A stretch of DNA of 50,819 nucleotides, from NCBI GenBank assembly GCA_049999805.1, contig JBNGIO010006317.1:388909-439727 (forward strand), read 5' to 3'. Position numbers and translations under genes: made by a program. The notes under the pieces are model-generated. The model worked only from the letters and a program-made list of their open reading frames with translations. It had not been told where the DNA came from and searched no databases. The stretch is from Folioceros fuciformis (lineage: Eukaryota). Below, piece by piece: positions 35,101 to 49,899 of the stretch; the stretch's first letter is position 1, and the number at the start of each line of letters is the position of its first letter.

Positions 35101-37765
35101 ACTACTACCTGCCGGTGGACGTAGTTCAGATTGGTCACAGCATGCACAAGGTAGATCAAACGGGAAAATTGGAGATTTCATCCAGGGAAAGCTGAAGAGC
35201 GCAAGGCTCTTTACTCACAAGGCTGTGTCCACTGCTGGACGCACTTTCTGAAGGTGGGCAATAGCTGATGTTCAGTCCTGGACACTGGTAAGAATAACCA
35301 TCAGATAGAGATTAAGTGGCTGTAATCAGAATGAAAATCACTGTTCTGCAGTGGTGTGACCCTTTGGTCACTCAAAGATACCTGTACAAAACTTATTTGG
35401 GCAGCATTAGACGATGCAAGAGATGCTAACGCTGCGGTTATGGTCCCATGGGTCTGCAAGGCAGAGAGTGAGTCTACGTGAACCGCTCGTTCCAGCAGGA
35501 AATGACGCTGTCGGCGTATCGACTAACCTCGGCCTCACCGATCGCCAGTCTACGTGCATAGTCAAATGCAACATGCTGCTTTTCCGTGCCTGAAACACCG
35601 TCATGGTGTTGTAGGATACCTAAAGCTTCCTCCAAAGAATCTGTTGTGTTGCCTTTCTCCTTTTTGCCAGTAATATACTCCAGCTGCCTCCCCGCCTAGG
35701 TGTTATATTCGATGGATGTTAGGAAAGAGGTTGCTTCATACTAGACAGCCCCAGTCAGCTACAAGTGCATGCTTACTTGCAAAAGGGCACTCATATCTCT
35801 GACAAAGCCCTTCAATGCAGCTCGACTGGTGAAATAGCCTGTCCAGAAACAGTTCGGACAATCTGCATACCTGGACGAGTGCAAGATGGATGAGTCCACG
35901 AAATCCAGCTAATCAAGCGGCATCATAAACATTGCTTGACATGGGTGGAACTGTAACTCACGGGAAGAAATCATCAGTCTTAACTTCCCAGGTGGCGTTG
36001 GCTGCAAGCTTAGAAGCTGTGTACATGCTCGGTGTTGAGTAAAAAGCATTCACTCTGCCATCCTGAAGACTCAACCAATTTCAATGAGCGTTTGAATAGC
36101 ACGAAGGTCCTTAGAAGTTGAAGAGTAACATTTTGACCTGGTTAGCATGCAGTATGAGTTTGTCCATTTCCCTAAACCATGATTCGGAGAAAGTGTACTG
36201 AAAGTCTGTACCCATAGTCAGCATTATATCATCACCTTGGTAGTACAGAGCCTGCATTGAGACAAGTTAGAACATTACCGGTTTCCAGGATGTTCATTCC
36301 ATCCACATTCAAACAACGGTACCTGTAATTTTGCATAATCAACAAAGGCCTCCACAATTTCATCGACATTGTAATCTGAAAACAGAGGGTCGTCCTGCAG
36401 GTACCAAAATGTTGGCCAGCAATCTCAACATAAGCCTGGTAGCAACGGGGCCAGCTAGAAGACATTTTTCCTTTCCTTCACAGTACCTGAAAGAGTGGGT
36501 CATTTGAATAAACATCCCAGTTGAATTTAGGAGGAGCGCCGTAGCCATTGTAAAGCACTCCTGTGAAAATCTGCACTCGTAAACCCAGGTTTTGTTTCAA
36601 TCTCAGAACACAAACACTCCAGTTGCAGCCATGAGCTTGATGATGTGTGGCCGACCTACCTGACTAGAAGAGCCAAAGGTTTTTGAAGGTCTCCAGATAA
36701 ATTCCAGGGTTTTCTGCTTCTGGCGGTTGGCGAAATCCTGGTAGTCAATCCTTCCAAAAAACAGGGAAGACAAGCCCAGCTGCGCAACCACAATAAACGC
36801 CCCGCAGTCAAATCACAATCACAACTGAACTCCCGCTAACATACGCTCTGGAAAGAGCTCCAACCTGTGCTCCAAGAAGGTAAGCCTGAACCGAAGAGTG
36901 TCCAAAAGGGTCTATCTGCCACCCAACCGTGGGAACGACATTGAACTCTTGCTTCAAAAACCGGTGCCCAAGTGTGGTTTGATCAATCATATCAACGTAG
37001 TGAACCGTGGCCTCGTCATGCATACACCACCCGCCATTACTGCAACACGTATGGGATAGAAACCCTTACTCTATCTGAAGCCTAGGAGTATGCTTCCAGC
37101 AGGAAGTCTGGTTCATACGGGACATATTTTTACATGAATTCAAGCTGCCCGTTCGAAACCAGAGTCTGCACAATGCTTCTTCTCTCCGCACTCTGCTCCC
37201 TCCACCACCTCTGGAAGAAAGCCTGCAACCCACTCACGTTCATGAATGCAACAAACTCCTCTGATGATGCTCAGTCCTACATTCGGCACTTCCTGTTCAG
37301 AGCAAGGCGATGAACCTGATTCATCCTCACAGCTCACCTGCTCCACATATACAAACTTCCTGTTCGGATCTTTGAGCAATGCATCAATCAGGGTGTCCAG
37401 TATCGATCTGACATTGGCCGTCTGCGTCAACACCTCCAAGAATTTAAATTCTTCTCTCCTCACCTTTAGTGATAAACAGACTCCTGCAGAAGAGGCTCTT
37501 GAAATTCCAAACCCAGTACCTGAATGCTGTTGTTCGATCCAGTAAAATATTGGTCGACGGTCTTGAGCCAACCCACATCATCATGTGTATGAGGCACCAA
37601 GTGCACGTTCAGCTTCCCTGGCACCCGGCCAGGGGCGGTCCCGTTGATCCCGAATTGCTGAACTGTAGCTGACACAAAATTGCTGTCTTGGAAGCATAAC
37701 AGCGTGAGCCAGCCCAGAAGCAGCTTCATCCCGACAACTCTCGTAGGACCAGCCAGCTTTGACAT
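32196..37765 (-). CDS. Glycoside hydrolase family 38 alpha-mannosidase (vacuolar/lysosomal type), more than 20 introns
   Basis: Signal peptide, then [82 protein letters not shown] and terminal [11 protein letters not shown]...*. Alternative start at 37729. Confidence 0.96.
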
Positions 37766-38831
37766 CGCGTGGGAGCTCCCACACCTAGTTCACAGTTCGT
37801 CCAGAGCTCAGGCAAAGCAAGAATTAGTGGTCTGTCACGTCCGCCAATTCCCGATTACAGAGCAGACGTCCGGTAGCTATGCACCGACAACGTGATCACA
37901 AGGTCACAATTTCCAAGGAAGACTCACTCGGGGACATCAGCGTCCGTTGCCGGCCAACGCGGGCGGCAAATAATTCAAGGCTCAGTTCGGCTCAGAATTC
38001 GAAGTTGGACAGGGCACGGTTTGTCCTATCTGCGAAGAAACCGACCATCTTGGAGGAGTCAGGAAACACCTCGGCTACTGCCGCCCAGCAACCTTGCAAC
38101 CCAACGGGCAGGTGTGGAGGGCGCGAAGGCCGTGAGCCTTGGAGTCCAGAGTCAGCATAAAGCTACATAGGCTGCAATTCTTCACAGGGAGACGAAAGCA
38201 CGCGGGTACCTCCACGTACGATTCGGCGTCTCCAGTGCTCCACGAATTTCCATGGCCCCCTGTGATTGTACGAAAGTTAGCAGAACACAATGGACATATC
38301 TGAATTCCCCATAAATGCAAGACTCTGTGAATTGCGGTTGTAGCAGTCCTGCGGTTGCTGGTGCCTGGGGCCTGAGGGTCGCGAGGTGAGTGTGGATGTC
38401 CCTATCCGCTTTCCACACCTACTGGCCCCGTGATTTGATCCAAAAAGATCACACATTGCCCCGACTGCGACATTTGGTTCCCAGGTGGCGGCCCGTCTCG
38501 CAAGTGGATTCATGTAATGGACGTTGCTGAGCAGTCGTTTGCGTGCAAATGTGTATGAAGATCAGATTCATAAGCATTAAGCTCGGGGAGTTATGGAGAA
38601 TCGGGTCCAGTCAACAATGGGACTACTGCTCCCGGTCCCAGCTTGTCTGTGAGAGTAGCAGTCGCGTTGAGCGTGCAGTCACGAGGCCATCAGCCACCGG
38701 CCAGCTGCTGATCAAGCACCTTAAAAGGGGTGAGTGAATTCATGCGTGACTTGCCATTGGAGCCTTTCGAAGCCGGCTTTACGGTAAGTGCAGTTTCGGG
38801 GGATGCTGGCCACGCCAATCTGAAGCCCGTG

Positions 38832-40615
38832 ATGATGAACATGGGAGCACCGGCAGGGCTGAATCCGGCTGCCCTGGAGAAGTATGTGCAGTTGGACCAG
38901 ATGCCCGGGTTTCGGTTTCATCCCACGGACGAGGAGCTGGTGGGCTACTACCTCACCAACATGGTGGACGGGCACAACCAGAAACGAATACTGCAGCTCA
39001 TACCCCTCATCGACCTGTATCGGTTCGATCCATGGGAGCTTCCAGGTTCATAGAGTTCCTCAGCCTGGCTCCACGCACTCGCTGAAACGACAACGGCCTC
39101 GATCTCCCTGTGTTGAATGCTGCATTTGATTGTGATAGGCTGGGCATGCGCAGGCCGCTGGGCTGGTTCAAGCTGGACTTTGTTCTGTGCTTGCAACGTT
39201 TGTGAGAAATCGTGAATTCGTATGACCAGAAGTGCTCGTGATTTTCTGTGATATGACAGCCATGGCGGCTTCTGGGGCAGGAGCAGGGGCAGCGGCAGCG
39301 GCAGGCGAGGGACCCTGGTTTTTCTTCTGCCCGCGGGACAAGAAGTACCCAAACGGACCTCGACCCAACAGAGTGACACACGCAGGCTACTGGAAGGCCA
39401 CAGGGACGGATCGGCCAGTGAGAGGCTCAAATCTGAACACCATCGGCCTGAAGAAGACTCTGGTTTTCTACGTGGGTCGAGCTCCCCGAGGAGCCAAATC
39501 CAACTGGGTGATGAATGAGTACAGGCTAGGCACTTCAGATCACCTCTCGTTTGACACGAAAACGGCGAGCAATAGCAATCAAGGATCCAGACTTGCACTT
39601 AACATTGCTAACGTCCATGGCCAGGAGAAGCCGCTGCCGCAGCCCTTAGACCGTCATGCTCATGAGGACCACAACTTCGTCGCAGAGTGGAGCGCGGCAT
39701 TTTGCTACCAGGTATGCACACATAAATCTGCATGACTGCACCCTGCCAGATTGCAAGCCGGCATGCCTCAACTAAAGCAAGCATGTAGTTCATCTTTATG
39801 AGTCTGTCCAACCCTAACACACACGTGATGACGGTTGAACACACATGGGAACTGTGCAGAGTGAACTTGCTCTGTGCCGTATTTACAAGAAGGCTCCGCA
39901 CGCAGATCCTCCAGGCGGCTGTAATTCTGGATGTGAGGTTCCGGATTTTGGGCCTCTCACCTCGACCTTGGCACCAGCTTTGGGGTCAAATGCCACAACA
40001 AACAGGGCTGTTATCACGCGTGACGACCCCAGTGGTACTTGCATTGATGCTGGAGCTGGTCCAGGAATAGACATGATCACGGGAGAGTCGATCATCACCT
40101 TCAGTACTAGTGTGGAGGCTGATTACATGGTGGCCGGTACGGACAACTGTTCCCACAAACCATCCCAACAACGGAATCGTCTGCCTGGCCAGTTTGAGAG
40201 CATCAGGAGTTTTCACGCACAACGTCAGTCACAGGAGGTGCAGGTGCAGCACCAGTCTGACAGGTCGGCAATCAGCACCATGCCTAGGGCAGTCCCCAGA
40301 TGGATGCAGCTCCCCAGTGAGCTTTCACGCAGTGGCCTACTGGATCACATAGCTGGTGGACCCACGAGACTCCATGATCCCTCCAGCAATCTCCATCCCT
40401 ACAGAACAGATGCTGCTGAAGTACGCGTACCTTTGGTCCCAGCAGACATCCCTGATCCACCAAGCAGAACATCTCTGAGCAATCCCATCAAGTTGTGGTT
40501 GCAAAATACCAAGACGTGGTTGCAGTCAGACTCTGAGATGCCTGATTCTGATCCGATTCCTATTCCTGCTTTGCAAGAACTTGCTCGGGTCAACGTTCCT
40601 CAACGCTTCATTTAG
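38832..40615 (+). CDS. NAC-domain transcription factor, 3 exons
   Basis: [88 protein letters not shown] and LCRIYKK. The start may be 38742 or an upstream exon. Confidence 0.94.
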
Positions 40616-41050
40616 ACCCGCTGCCAGGTGCGTTTGTCTTCTGTGCACCCATGTCGTTGCACCCTGGGAACTATGTATATTATAGCATGTCCGAACAGAC
40701 GTTACTGTTACGTGCAAAGCAGCTTGCGAGCACCTAATCCGATCTGTTGCGTACTCGGACTTTCCTCTCCAGGGCTCGGCCTGGGCCCGACATGTCTTCC
40801 GGTAAGTGACTCGGCATGGGGATGCTGGTGACGAATCCGTGTACAAGTTGCCATGTGTGCGCAAAATGGAATAGGAATGGAATGGTGTTGCAGCCTTTTG
40901 CTGCACACGTGCTAACGTACGTGAGCCTGCGTCATTAGAATCTGAGGGGGTGCGCAGCTATGGAGGCTGAGGGAGCTCACCCTCGCTTTAAGCTTTCATG
41001 CTCGTCTCCAGCAGGCCTGGAAGAAAACAGGCAGGGTCTCAGATTTGAGA

Positions 41051-43334
41051 ATGGAAGTACTCTCGGGATTCTGCACTGCTTTGAAGGCCAGGAAAGGTAG
41101 GGAGTACTGGACAGTGGAGAGGCTGGCAGCCCGATACAGGCCGATTGTGCAGAAATTTGTCGAAAACCATGTCACCTTCTACCGCCTTCATCTCTGCTAC
41201 TTCATTCTGGTGGCCTGCATCGGCAGCCTCACCATCTGGTTGTCTCCCAAGCACAATGACGGCATTGCCTTCATCGATGCCCTGTTCAATGTCACCTCTT
41301 GCCTCTGTGTCACCGGGCTGGTGACCGTCAAGATGGCGCACCTCTCGCAGTTCGACAAAGTTGTGCTGGTGCTGATGATGCTGCTCGGGAGCCAGGTCTT
41401 CCTCTCCCTGCTGCCGGTTTTGGTGAGAAGGCACTACTTCAAGAGGCACATCCGGGAGCAGAGGCTGAAGGAGGAGGCAGCTGCCATGCATCAGTTGGCC
41501 ACGGACACCGTGGTGGATGGCGACGTGGAAAACGTAGATGTGGAGGCGATGAAGTCGCCCACCACGTTTTCCGGCAGCCAGCTATTGCCGGATGAAATTC
41601 TAACCCGCACCTTGTCCTCAGGGTCCGTAAAGGATGCGAGGACGCTCGTTATGGCGCTCAACATTTCCCGAGCCTTGTCCGACAGACTAGAGGGTCCCAG
41701 ACCCATGTCGAGAAAGCAATCCAGGATTTCCTTTACGACGCATGTGGAATCAGATGACGCTCAAATATTTCTGGAACTTCCCGCTTCCAAGCGTCTGGAG
41801 TATGACGCTCTCGAGTCCCTCAGCGGGCTTGTCCTGGTCTACTTCATCGGGGTTCAACTGGCTGGCATTCTGGCCATTTTGCTCTACTTGTTCGGTGCAG
41901 AGGATGTTGTGCAGACGCTGAAAGAACGGCACGTGAATAGATTGTTTTACGCCGTCTTCATCACTGCGGCTGCCTTCTCGAATGCAGGCATCTCTCTACT
42001 GGATGACAGTTTTGTGCCATTCCAGAAGTCGGTGATCCTGCTTCTTACTGTCAGCTTTGTTATTCTCACGGGAAACACCCTATTTGCACCGTGCATTAGA
42101 TTCTGCGTGTGGGTCCTGTATTCGGTCTCTCACGGCCACAAGAAGCAAGTGTACAGGTACCTGTTAACGCATCCTCGGAGATGCTACACTCACATGTTCC
42201 CTCGGAAACAGACCATCTGGCTGCTACTCACGGTGATGGCATTCAACGGTGTGGAAACCCTTGCGTTTTGCACCTTAGATTGGAGCTCAACTGCGTTGAA
42301 AGGGTTAGGAGCGGGCTACAAGATGGTGGCGGGATTGTTCCAGGCTGTGAGCACTCGGAATGCTGGCTTTAACGTGGTCTTCTTGGTGGAACTCACATCA
42401 GCCATGCTTTTCCTGTATGTGGGTATGATGTAAGCACGTCAACTTGAAACCTACAGGTTGCTGTTCTCCCACCAAGGCCTTGAGCTCAAACATTTGTCGC
42501 CTGTTCAGGTATATTGCAGTGTACCCGGTTTACCTTTCCCAGCAGCATACCAAGGCCAAGATGGACATCTACGATGAGGCAGATCTTGGGATATATGCTA
42601 CGAACTGGGAATCCGAGCTTGTCGGAAGCAAGATAACCACTCAAGCCAAAAGGCTGCTGGCTCGTGATTCTGCTTTCCTATTCGTCGCCATCTTCATAGT
42701 GTGCATTATTCACAACAGGAACATCAAGCAAGATCCTCTGAACTTCTCACTCCTAAACATCGTGTTTGAGATCATCAGGTGAGTTGCAGCTTTCCACTCC
42801 TGCCTGTACACTTGGTACTCCCCAGTAGTGCATTGTTGCCGGTTAGCCCTCATGACTCCCTGCCAGTCAACCGTGCTTCTCCTATGCAGTGCCTACGGCA
42901 ACGTGGGAGTGTCTGTTGGATACAGCTGTGAGCTAGCCCGCCAAATCCGGCCAGCCATCCCCTGCCAGGATGTGCCCTACAGCTTTTCAGGCAAGTGGAC
43001 CGTCGCTGGGAAGGCAATTGTGGTGATGGTTATGTTCCTGGGTAGGCACAGGGGCCTTCCAGACAACATAGATGCTGCCATTCAACTTCCGCGCCGCAAA
43101 GACTTCTCCAGGAGAATGACGCAAACCTCCTCCACCTTGAGGCTGCCAAGGGTTACTTCAGCCTACAATTTCTCTGCACCTCCGCACACTTTACTTCCGA
43201 CGGACGAAGGATGCCCTCCTCATGCCTCACCGACACTGGCCAATGCCCCTCGCACGGAAGTACGGGCCACAGACCTTGACTCATCATCTGCTTTGGTTCA
43301 AGATGCCCAGGGTGTAGAAGAAGTGGTGCACTAA
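41051..43334 (+). CDS. TRK/HKT family cation (K+/Na+) transporter, 3 exons
   Basis: FYRLHLCYF, FIDALFNVTSCLCVTGLVTV, AAFSNAG, HPRRCYTHMFP, FQAVSTRNAGF, MM|YIAVYP, IVFEII|SAYGNVG and VMFLGRHRGLP. Exons about 41051-42429, 42510-42778 and 42889-43334. Confidence 0.94.
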
Positions 43335-46300
43335 TTGAAGTGCTGCAACATGTAAGTGCTGCCTCATAGCAGTTCTGTAGTTGCCCGCCACAGGGTAACA
43401 ACATCGCAAGCCTGAAAGGTTGTTGACCTAATAACCCTGCAGTTGTATAACCCCGTCTTCCGTCGGGGGAAAGGCAACCATTTCCATGCGCCAGCCGGAG
43501 AGCGTGGGACCCGGACGCCAAGGGAGCTTGCTTGGGACATGGCTGGGAAGTGTCTGAAGGAATCTCAACAGGATGTGGTTACGTGGACTGCAACATGAAA
43601 GCACATTATTCCAACAGTGTATCTACATGTGCATGAGCCCCGTGCCAGAGTGGACAAGTCTGGCCACACATCTGATGATGCTGGATCGCCGCTCTTACTG
43701 CCGTCACATCCTCCTGCTGCAGCCTGGTTGCGCCTCGATCGGAAATGGCCATCTGCATCATCTATAAGCAGTGCTTTGCCACGACTCATCCCGTCCTGGT
43801 TGTAACTTGTGGCTGTGAAAGTGAGGACATCTTCGGAAAAGGATGGGGAAAATCCATCCACCCCAGCAAGGTTGGAGAGCCTGAGTATCCTGTAGCCAGA
43901 ACTGAAGTCATATGTTGCGTTTCTTCTGGCGTGAGCTCAGGGGCACGGGCACAAAAGGTAAGATGCCCCACGAGTGGATGAAGGACAGCGAGCGAGTTGG
44001 ATAGGGCTTGCTCTGGAGGACAATGTCCTTTTCTTTTCTCCGTGTTTCACTGTGTTATAAATGAAAAAGGATAGTTAAAGGGAATTTCCACGACAAAATC
44101 AAACTCGGTCATACCGGGGTTAGCAAGCACAACCAGCGATGGTATATGTTGACGGGATTGGAAACCACGGCGTCTGCCCTCTCCAATGGCTCTTGATCGC
44201 AGCACTTGCGCTAAAATCGTAGCAGGAAGAGGTGACTTTCTAACACTCCCGCTGAAAGAAGAGCAGCAAGAGGACGATGGACTGCTGCAATTTGCGCCGG
44301 CCATGTACAGAAGTTGGCCAGCATGGCTGGCAGATTGGTGCCCGTGCGAAGTGAAGGTGGACGAGATAAGGGCTTATGTGGCTGAATGGGGTTCATGAAG
44401 AGCACCCTGTGCTTCACACTCGGCACGTTTGTTGGAGTTTACCTAGCGCAGAACCACAATGTCCCCAACATCAAGGTGCTGCTCCAGACGGCTTTCATGG
44501 TTGCCCATGATTTGGGGGAACAAATTCGAAAGCCCGAAGAGAAACCGAAAGATTGACGACTCAATCACCCCTGGAGATGTCCACTCCTCTCCTCGCCTGT
44601 TCCTCCGTGTGTGTTCCTTCCCGGGCTGCCTCGGCAAACATCGGCACTTTTCGTTGAGAACTTCTAGGTTTTCTCTCGCTCAAGAGAACCTTACGCTTAG
44701 TTCTCCTTCAACTCCTGCACCAGCAAATTTGTTGTAACGTGCATCATGCTTTGGTCTGTGCAGAGCAGGATACGTATCGAGACTCCCGAGCTGCCAGGGC
44801 AGCCAGGGGGCTGCTGTGGTCTATTCCTGTTTCTCATGAGAGAATGAGATGGCCAACATTCCATAGGGGCATCGCTCTCACTTGTCCGGCTGAGTTTGTG
44901 ACGAAACCTTACCGAACAAGTCGTCCATCTCCTTAAAAAAGGATGTGCTTTCCTAGACAATGATGTGATGACTCGACCTTTCAAGAGCGGACACGACTCC
45001 GGGTGCGGGAAGTCCTTCCAACTCCGTGCACGCAACAACCATCAGCATATTGGTGGAGACTCCTGAGCTCCTACGAGCCTGCTGTGGCCTATCCCTGCCG
45101 CTTATGAGAGTGAGATTTGCCAACATTCCATAAACTCAACGCTCTAACTCGGCCAGTTGAGTAGATGTCAACACCTGATCAAACAAAGCGTCCATTTGCT
45201 GAAATAAAGGATGTGCTTTTCCTAAATCATGATGGGATGAAGCGATCTTTCAGGAGCCGACTTAACTCGAACTCTCCCCCCACCTCGTGCGGGGAATCCT
45301 TCAAACAACACGCACCACTCGCCAACCAGGAAGATATTTGCTGTGATACCTCCACCTCTTCTGATGACTGCAGTCTGGACCTCCACCCAACCAATGTATG
45401 TACTTAGCCACTAAGAAGCAAACACGCAACACACTTTGATGGGCGATTTACCAGACCACAGCTCAGTCCAGCTGCCATCGCCAATTCAACTTTGAGAAGC
45501 CCGCAGACATATTTGATGCTTCCACAAGACTGGATAGCAGAGTCTGGTATCCAGGGACTTTGGATCTCTCATAACCCAAGCCCTGACCCAGTCCCCGCAC
45601 GTTCATCCCGTTTCAGGACGCCCCCGCTTGCTTCGCAGCCGGCAGATCATCATTTCCTCGTGTCCTGAAATAAGGAAAGCGAGACAGTGACGCACCAGCC
45701 TCCGATGTCCTGCAATGCCACCCACTCTACCGAGCTAACGCAGTACGGACGTCGGGAAGGCCTTGCCCAATTCAAAGCTGCAACGGAAAGCGCGACTCAC
45801 GCTTGGCCGGACCAAGAAGGGACAGGGGCATTAATCGCCATAAAGATCAGCACGTGACGCAGCTCAATGAGATGGCAAGAAAGGAGGGGAGTCGGAAGCA
45901 GGCAAGAAGCCACAATGGCACCCCGACCCGCGGCCCGGAGACCGGGATCTCTTCACCACCCGATGGGCCGCGTTGCATGCTCCAACATGACATAGAGTGA
46001 AGATGGCGCCTGGCACGTCTACTAGGATTGCTGCCACTATTTATGTCCCGCTATGCCGCACGGAAGTGAAGACGTGAGTCGTCAAGCGAAGTGGAGGCGA
46101 GTGGAGTTTGGTGCTTCTCCCGCGCGCGATTCGAACTGTAATTGCTGCGAGACGACTGTGCCTTTCCCGCCTCAGCAATTCAGATTCTGCGGCGGCGGGT
46201 GAGTGAGTCGAGGCTCGGATTCTTGCTGCAATTCTGGATGCAGACGCAGCTAGGGATTGCAAGGGAGTGGCATGCGTGGAGAGCAGAATGGCGGGGAAAT

Positions 46301-46421
46301 TCCTGGTTTGATTTGCTTTGTTGTGGCCTGATTTGCTTCGGTGAGAGGTTTGGTTGAGCTTGGAAGGGGATTGTGTGCTAACACGGTTTTTATGTTGTTT
46401 CGTCTGATTCTCGCAGGCGAA

Positions 46422-47708
<1,287 letters not shown>

Positions 47709-48414
47709 GTAGACAATTGTTTTTCACTCTCATTCTGTCACAACCCTGCCCTTCGCCTGGGAATGTCGTGCCAGTGGTGGGGTTTTGCAACTAGTCTAGG
47801 TGATATCTACAACCTGGAGCTGTAGGCTCTGAAAGTGTGTGGTAAAACGTAGCTCGTAGGCTTCGCTTCAGCACAGTGGCCCCTGAGCTTCAGCGGCCTC
47901 CTGTTTTGATGCTCCGGGCACTGGATGTTTGTTTTAGGTGGAGTAGCTGAGTCATCTCACTGTGATCAAGTTTTGACAAAATTTACTGCCATGAACGAGC
48001 AATGAATAGTACAAGACGTAGTCGTCGCTATTCATTACAGTACCTTTATACTCTGAAATTTGTCAGACCAGAGCGGAATCTCAGACTGAGAATTGACCAA
48101 GCTTAGAAACTGTACCTCCATCCGAGGGACGCGGGCATTCCATGGAACACTTGGCCAGCGCCTAAACCTCACCCGAAGTTTATTACCTGCTTCTCGAGAG
48201 GCGTGCCTGGCCACCGGCTGCACTCTACCGGCTAGTTTTCAATCGTCGCCGGTTGTTGGCCAGGTTCGCACCAAACTCGTCCCCTACATACATTCCTGTG
48301 GTATATGTATGTACAGGTCTGTATGTGCTTTTATTTAGTCTTCTCCTCGCCACAACCAAATTTTAAGAGATGGAAAGAAAGTAGAGGTGATCTTAAGCAT
48401 GGTCTTGGTTTACA

Positions 48415-48640
48415 TCAACTATGATCTTCGCAGTCACAGTTTCCAAGTCATCAACTCATAACTATGATCTCCACAGCTTCCACTCACTACAGGTGATAAC
48501 TATGATCTCCACGGCAGATCATAACTATGATCTCTATGATAGGTGATAACTATGATCTCTACGGTAGGTGATAACTATGATCTCTACGGTAGGTGATAAC
48601 TATGATCTCCACGGTAGGTGATGACTATGATCTCCACGGC
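48415..48640. repeat. 25-bp tandem repeat (AGGTGATAACTATGATCTCTACGGT) with degenerate upstream copies
   Basis: Units start at 48541, 48566, 48591 and 48616; the AACTATGATCT core recurs from about 48417. Confidence 0.9.
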
Positions 48641-49178
48641 TTTTACTCGCTACACCACTTTTAGAATTCTATCTCCACAATCAAGTATGCTCGGCTCCAC
48701 GGCTTGGAGCTTGCCTGTGCAAAAGTTCTCGGCTTCTTCCATGGCAGACACTTGTAGGCCTTACTTAAGGACTGGCCAGCAATCCTCCTAAGCAAATATT
48801 TGTCCCAAAATGCCTTTATCCTCGTGATCGAGTTGTCGACCCTAATTTATCTCTTGCTTAGAGCACTTCCCTCTTAATGAGTTCAAGCCCTCTTAATTTA
48901 CCTCTTGCTTAGAGCACTTTCCTCTAAATGCTACTATCAAGTTCAAGTTCTCCTTACAGAAAGAACCTAAGAACCTAAGGCAAGATGCTGCTGCAAGTTT
49001 TCAAACCCCAAGATATGTTCATGGGTGCACATTGGTGAGAAGCCCGTTTGAAGTAGTTGTGAGAAATAGACACTTGCACTGGACAAGAATGGTTAGCGGG
49101 AAATACTGCAAGTGACCTATTGCTCCATGAAATTGAGTCCTGAAGCCGTGCACTCATTGTAGAAACTGTGCATGTGCA

Positions 49179-49332
49179 CTTGAGATGGGGTTGCTGAAGA
49201 CCCTTGAACTTGAAATCGGGGTTACTGAAGACCCTTGAAATGGAGATCGGGGTTGCTAAAGACCCTTGAACTTGAAATCGGGGTTGCTGAAAACCCTTGA
49301 ACTGGAGATGGGGTTGCTGAAGACCTTTTGAG
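49179..49332. repeat. ~31-bp tandem repeat x5 (TTGAAATCGGGGTTGCTGAAGACCCTTGAAC)
   Basis: Five visible imperfect copies. Confidence 0.9.
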
Positions 49333-49899
49333 AACCATACAGGAAGACCTACTGCAGAATGCGCTAAGCCTAAGCCTTTGCATGGAACGAAAGATACGCT
49401 TGCTTTTACCCTAAACCCTAAAAGCATGAAGAGTAAAAGCTCATTCAAAACTCTATAGCCCGCGAATGCACTTGGCCGCTCAAGTGCAGCTTAGAGAGTA
49501 CGAAAGTCTTCAAACACAAATATGTATACCACATACATATTTCACAGGAATGTAGGGGGACGAGTTTGGTGCCAACCGGGCCAACAAACGACGATGGATT
49601 GAATTGAAAACTAATCGGTGGAGTGGAGGCCGGTGGCCGAGCACGTAATGACGAATCTTGCACGCCTCTCGAGAACAGGGTAATAAACTTCGGGTGAGGT
49701 TTAGGCGCGCTGGCGAACACTTGGCGCCTATGCAGAATGTTTGGTTTCGGTCGGTGCATGTACACTTTATGTCAGTATTTTAATTTTCTTCAACAGTCTT
49801 TTTAATGCTGGTGGGTTTTCGGTCTGCACGGCATGAGCTAAGTTGTACCGTGCGACGTTGCGTGATCGGCGAATTTCAAAGTCATGCAATGCGGTGAGC

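Larger units (their letters stand above)
48110..49765. mobile_element. Non-autonomous DNA transposon with long imperfect terminal inverted repeats (Mutator-like)
   Basis: 48158-48335 (CGCCTAAACCTCACCCGAAGTTTATTACC...GCACCAAACTCGTCCCC...ATTCCTGTG) is the reverse complement of about 49510-49712. No transposase; exact termini and TSD unresolved. Confidence 0.8.

Noticed and set aside
44443..44637. B3-domain-like fragment (LDVGDIVVL)
   Set aside because: Similarity too short to support a call.
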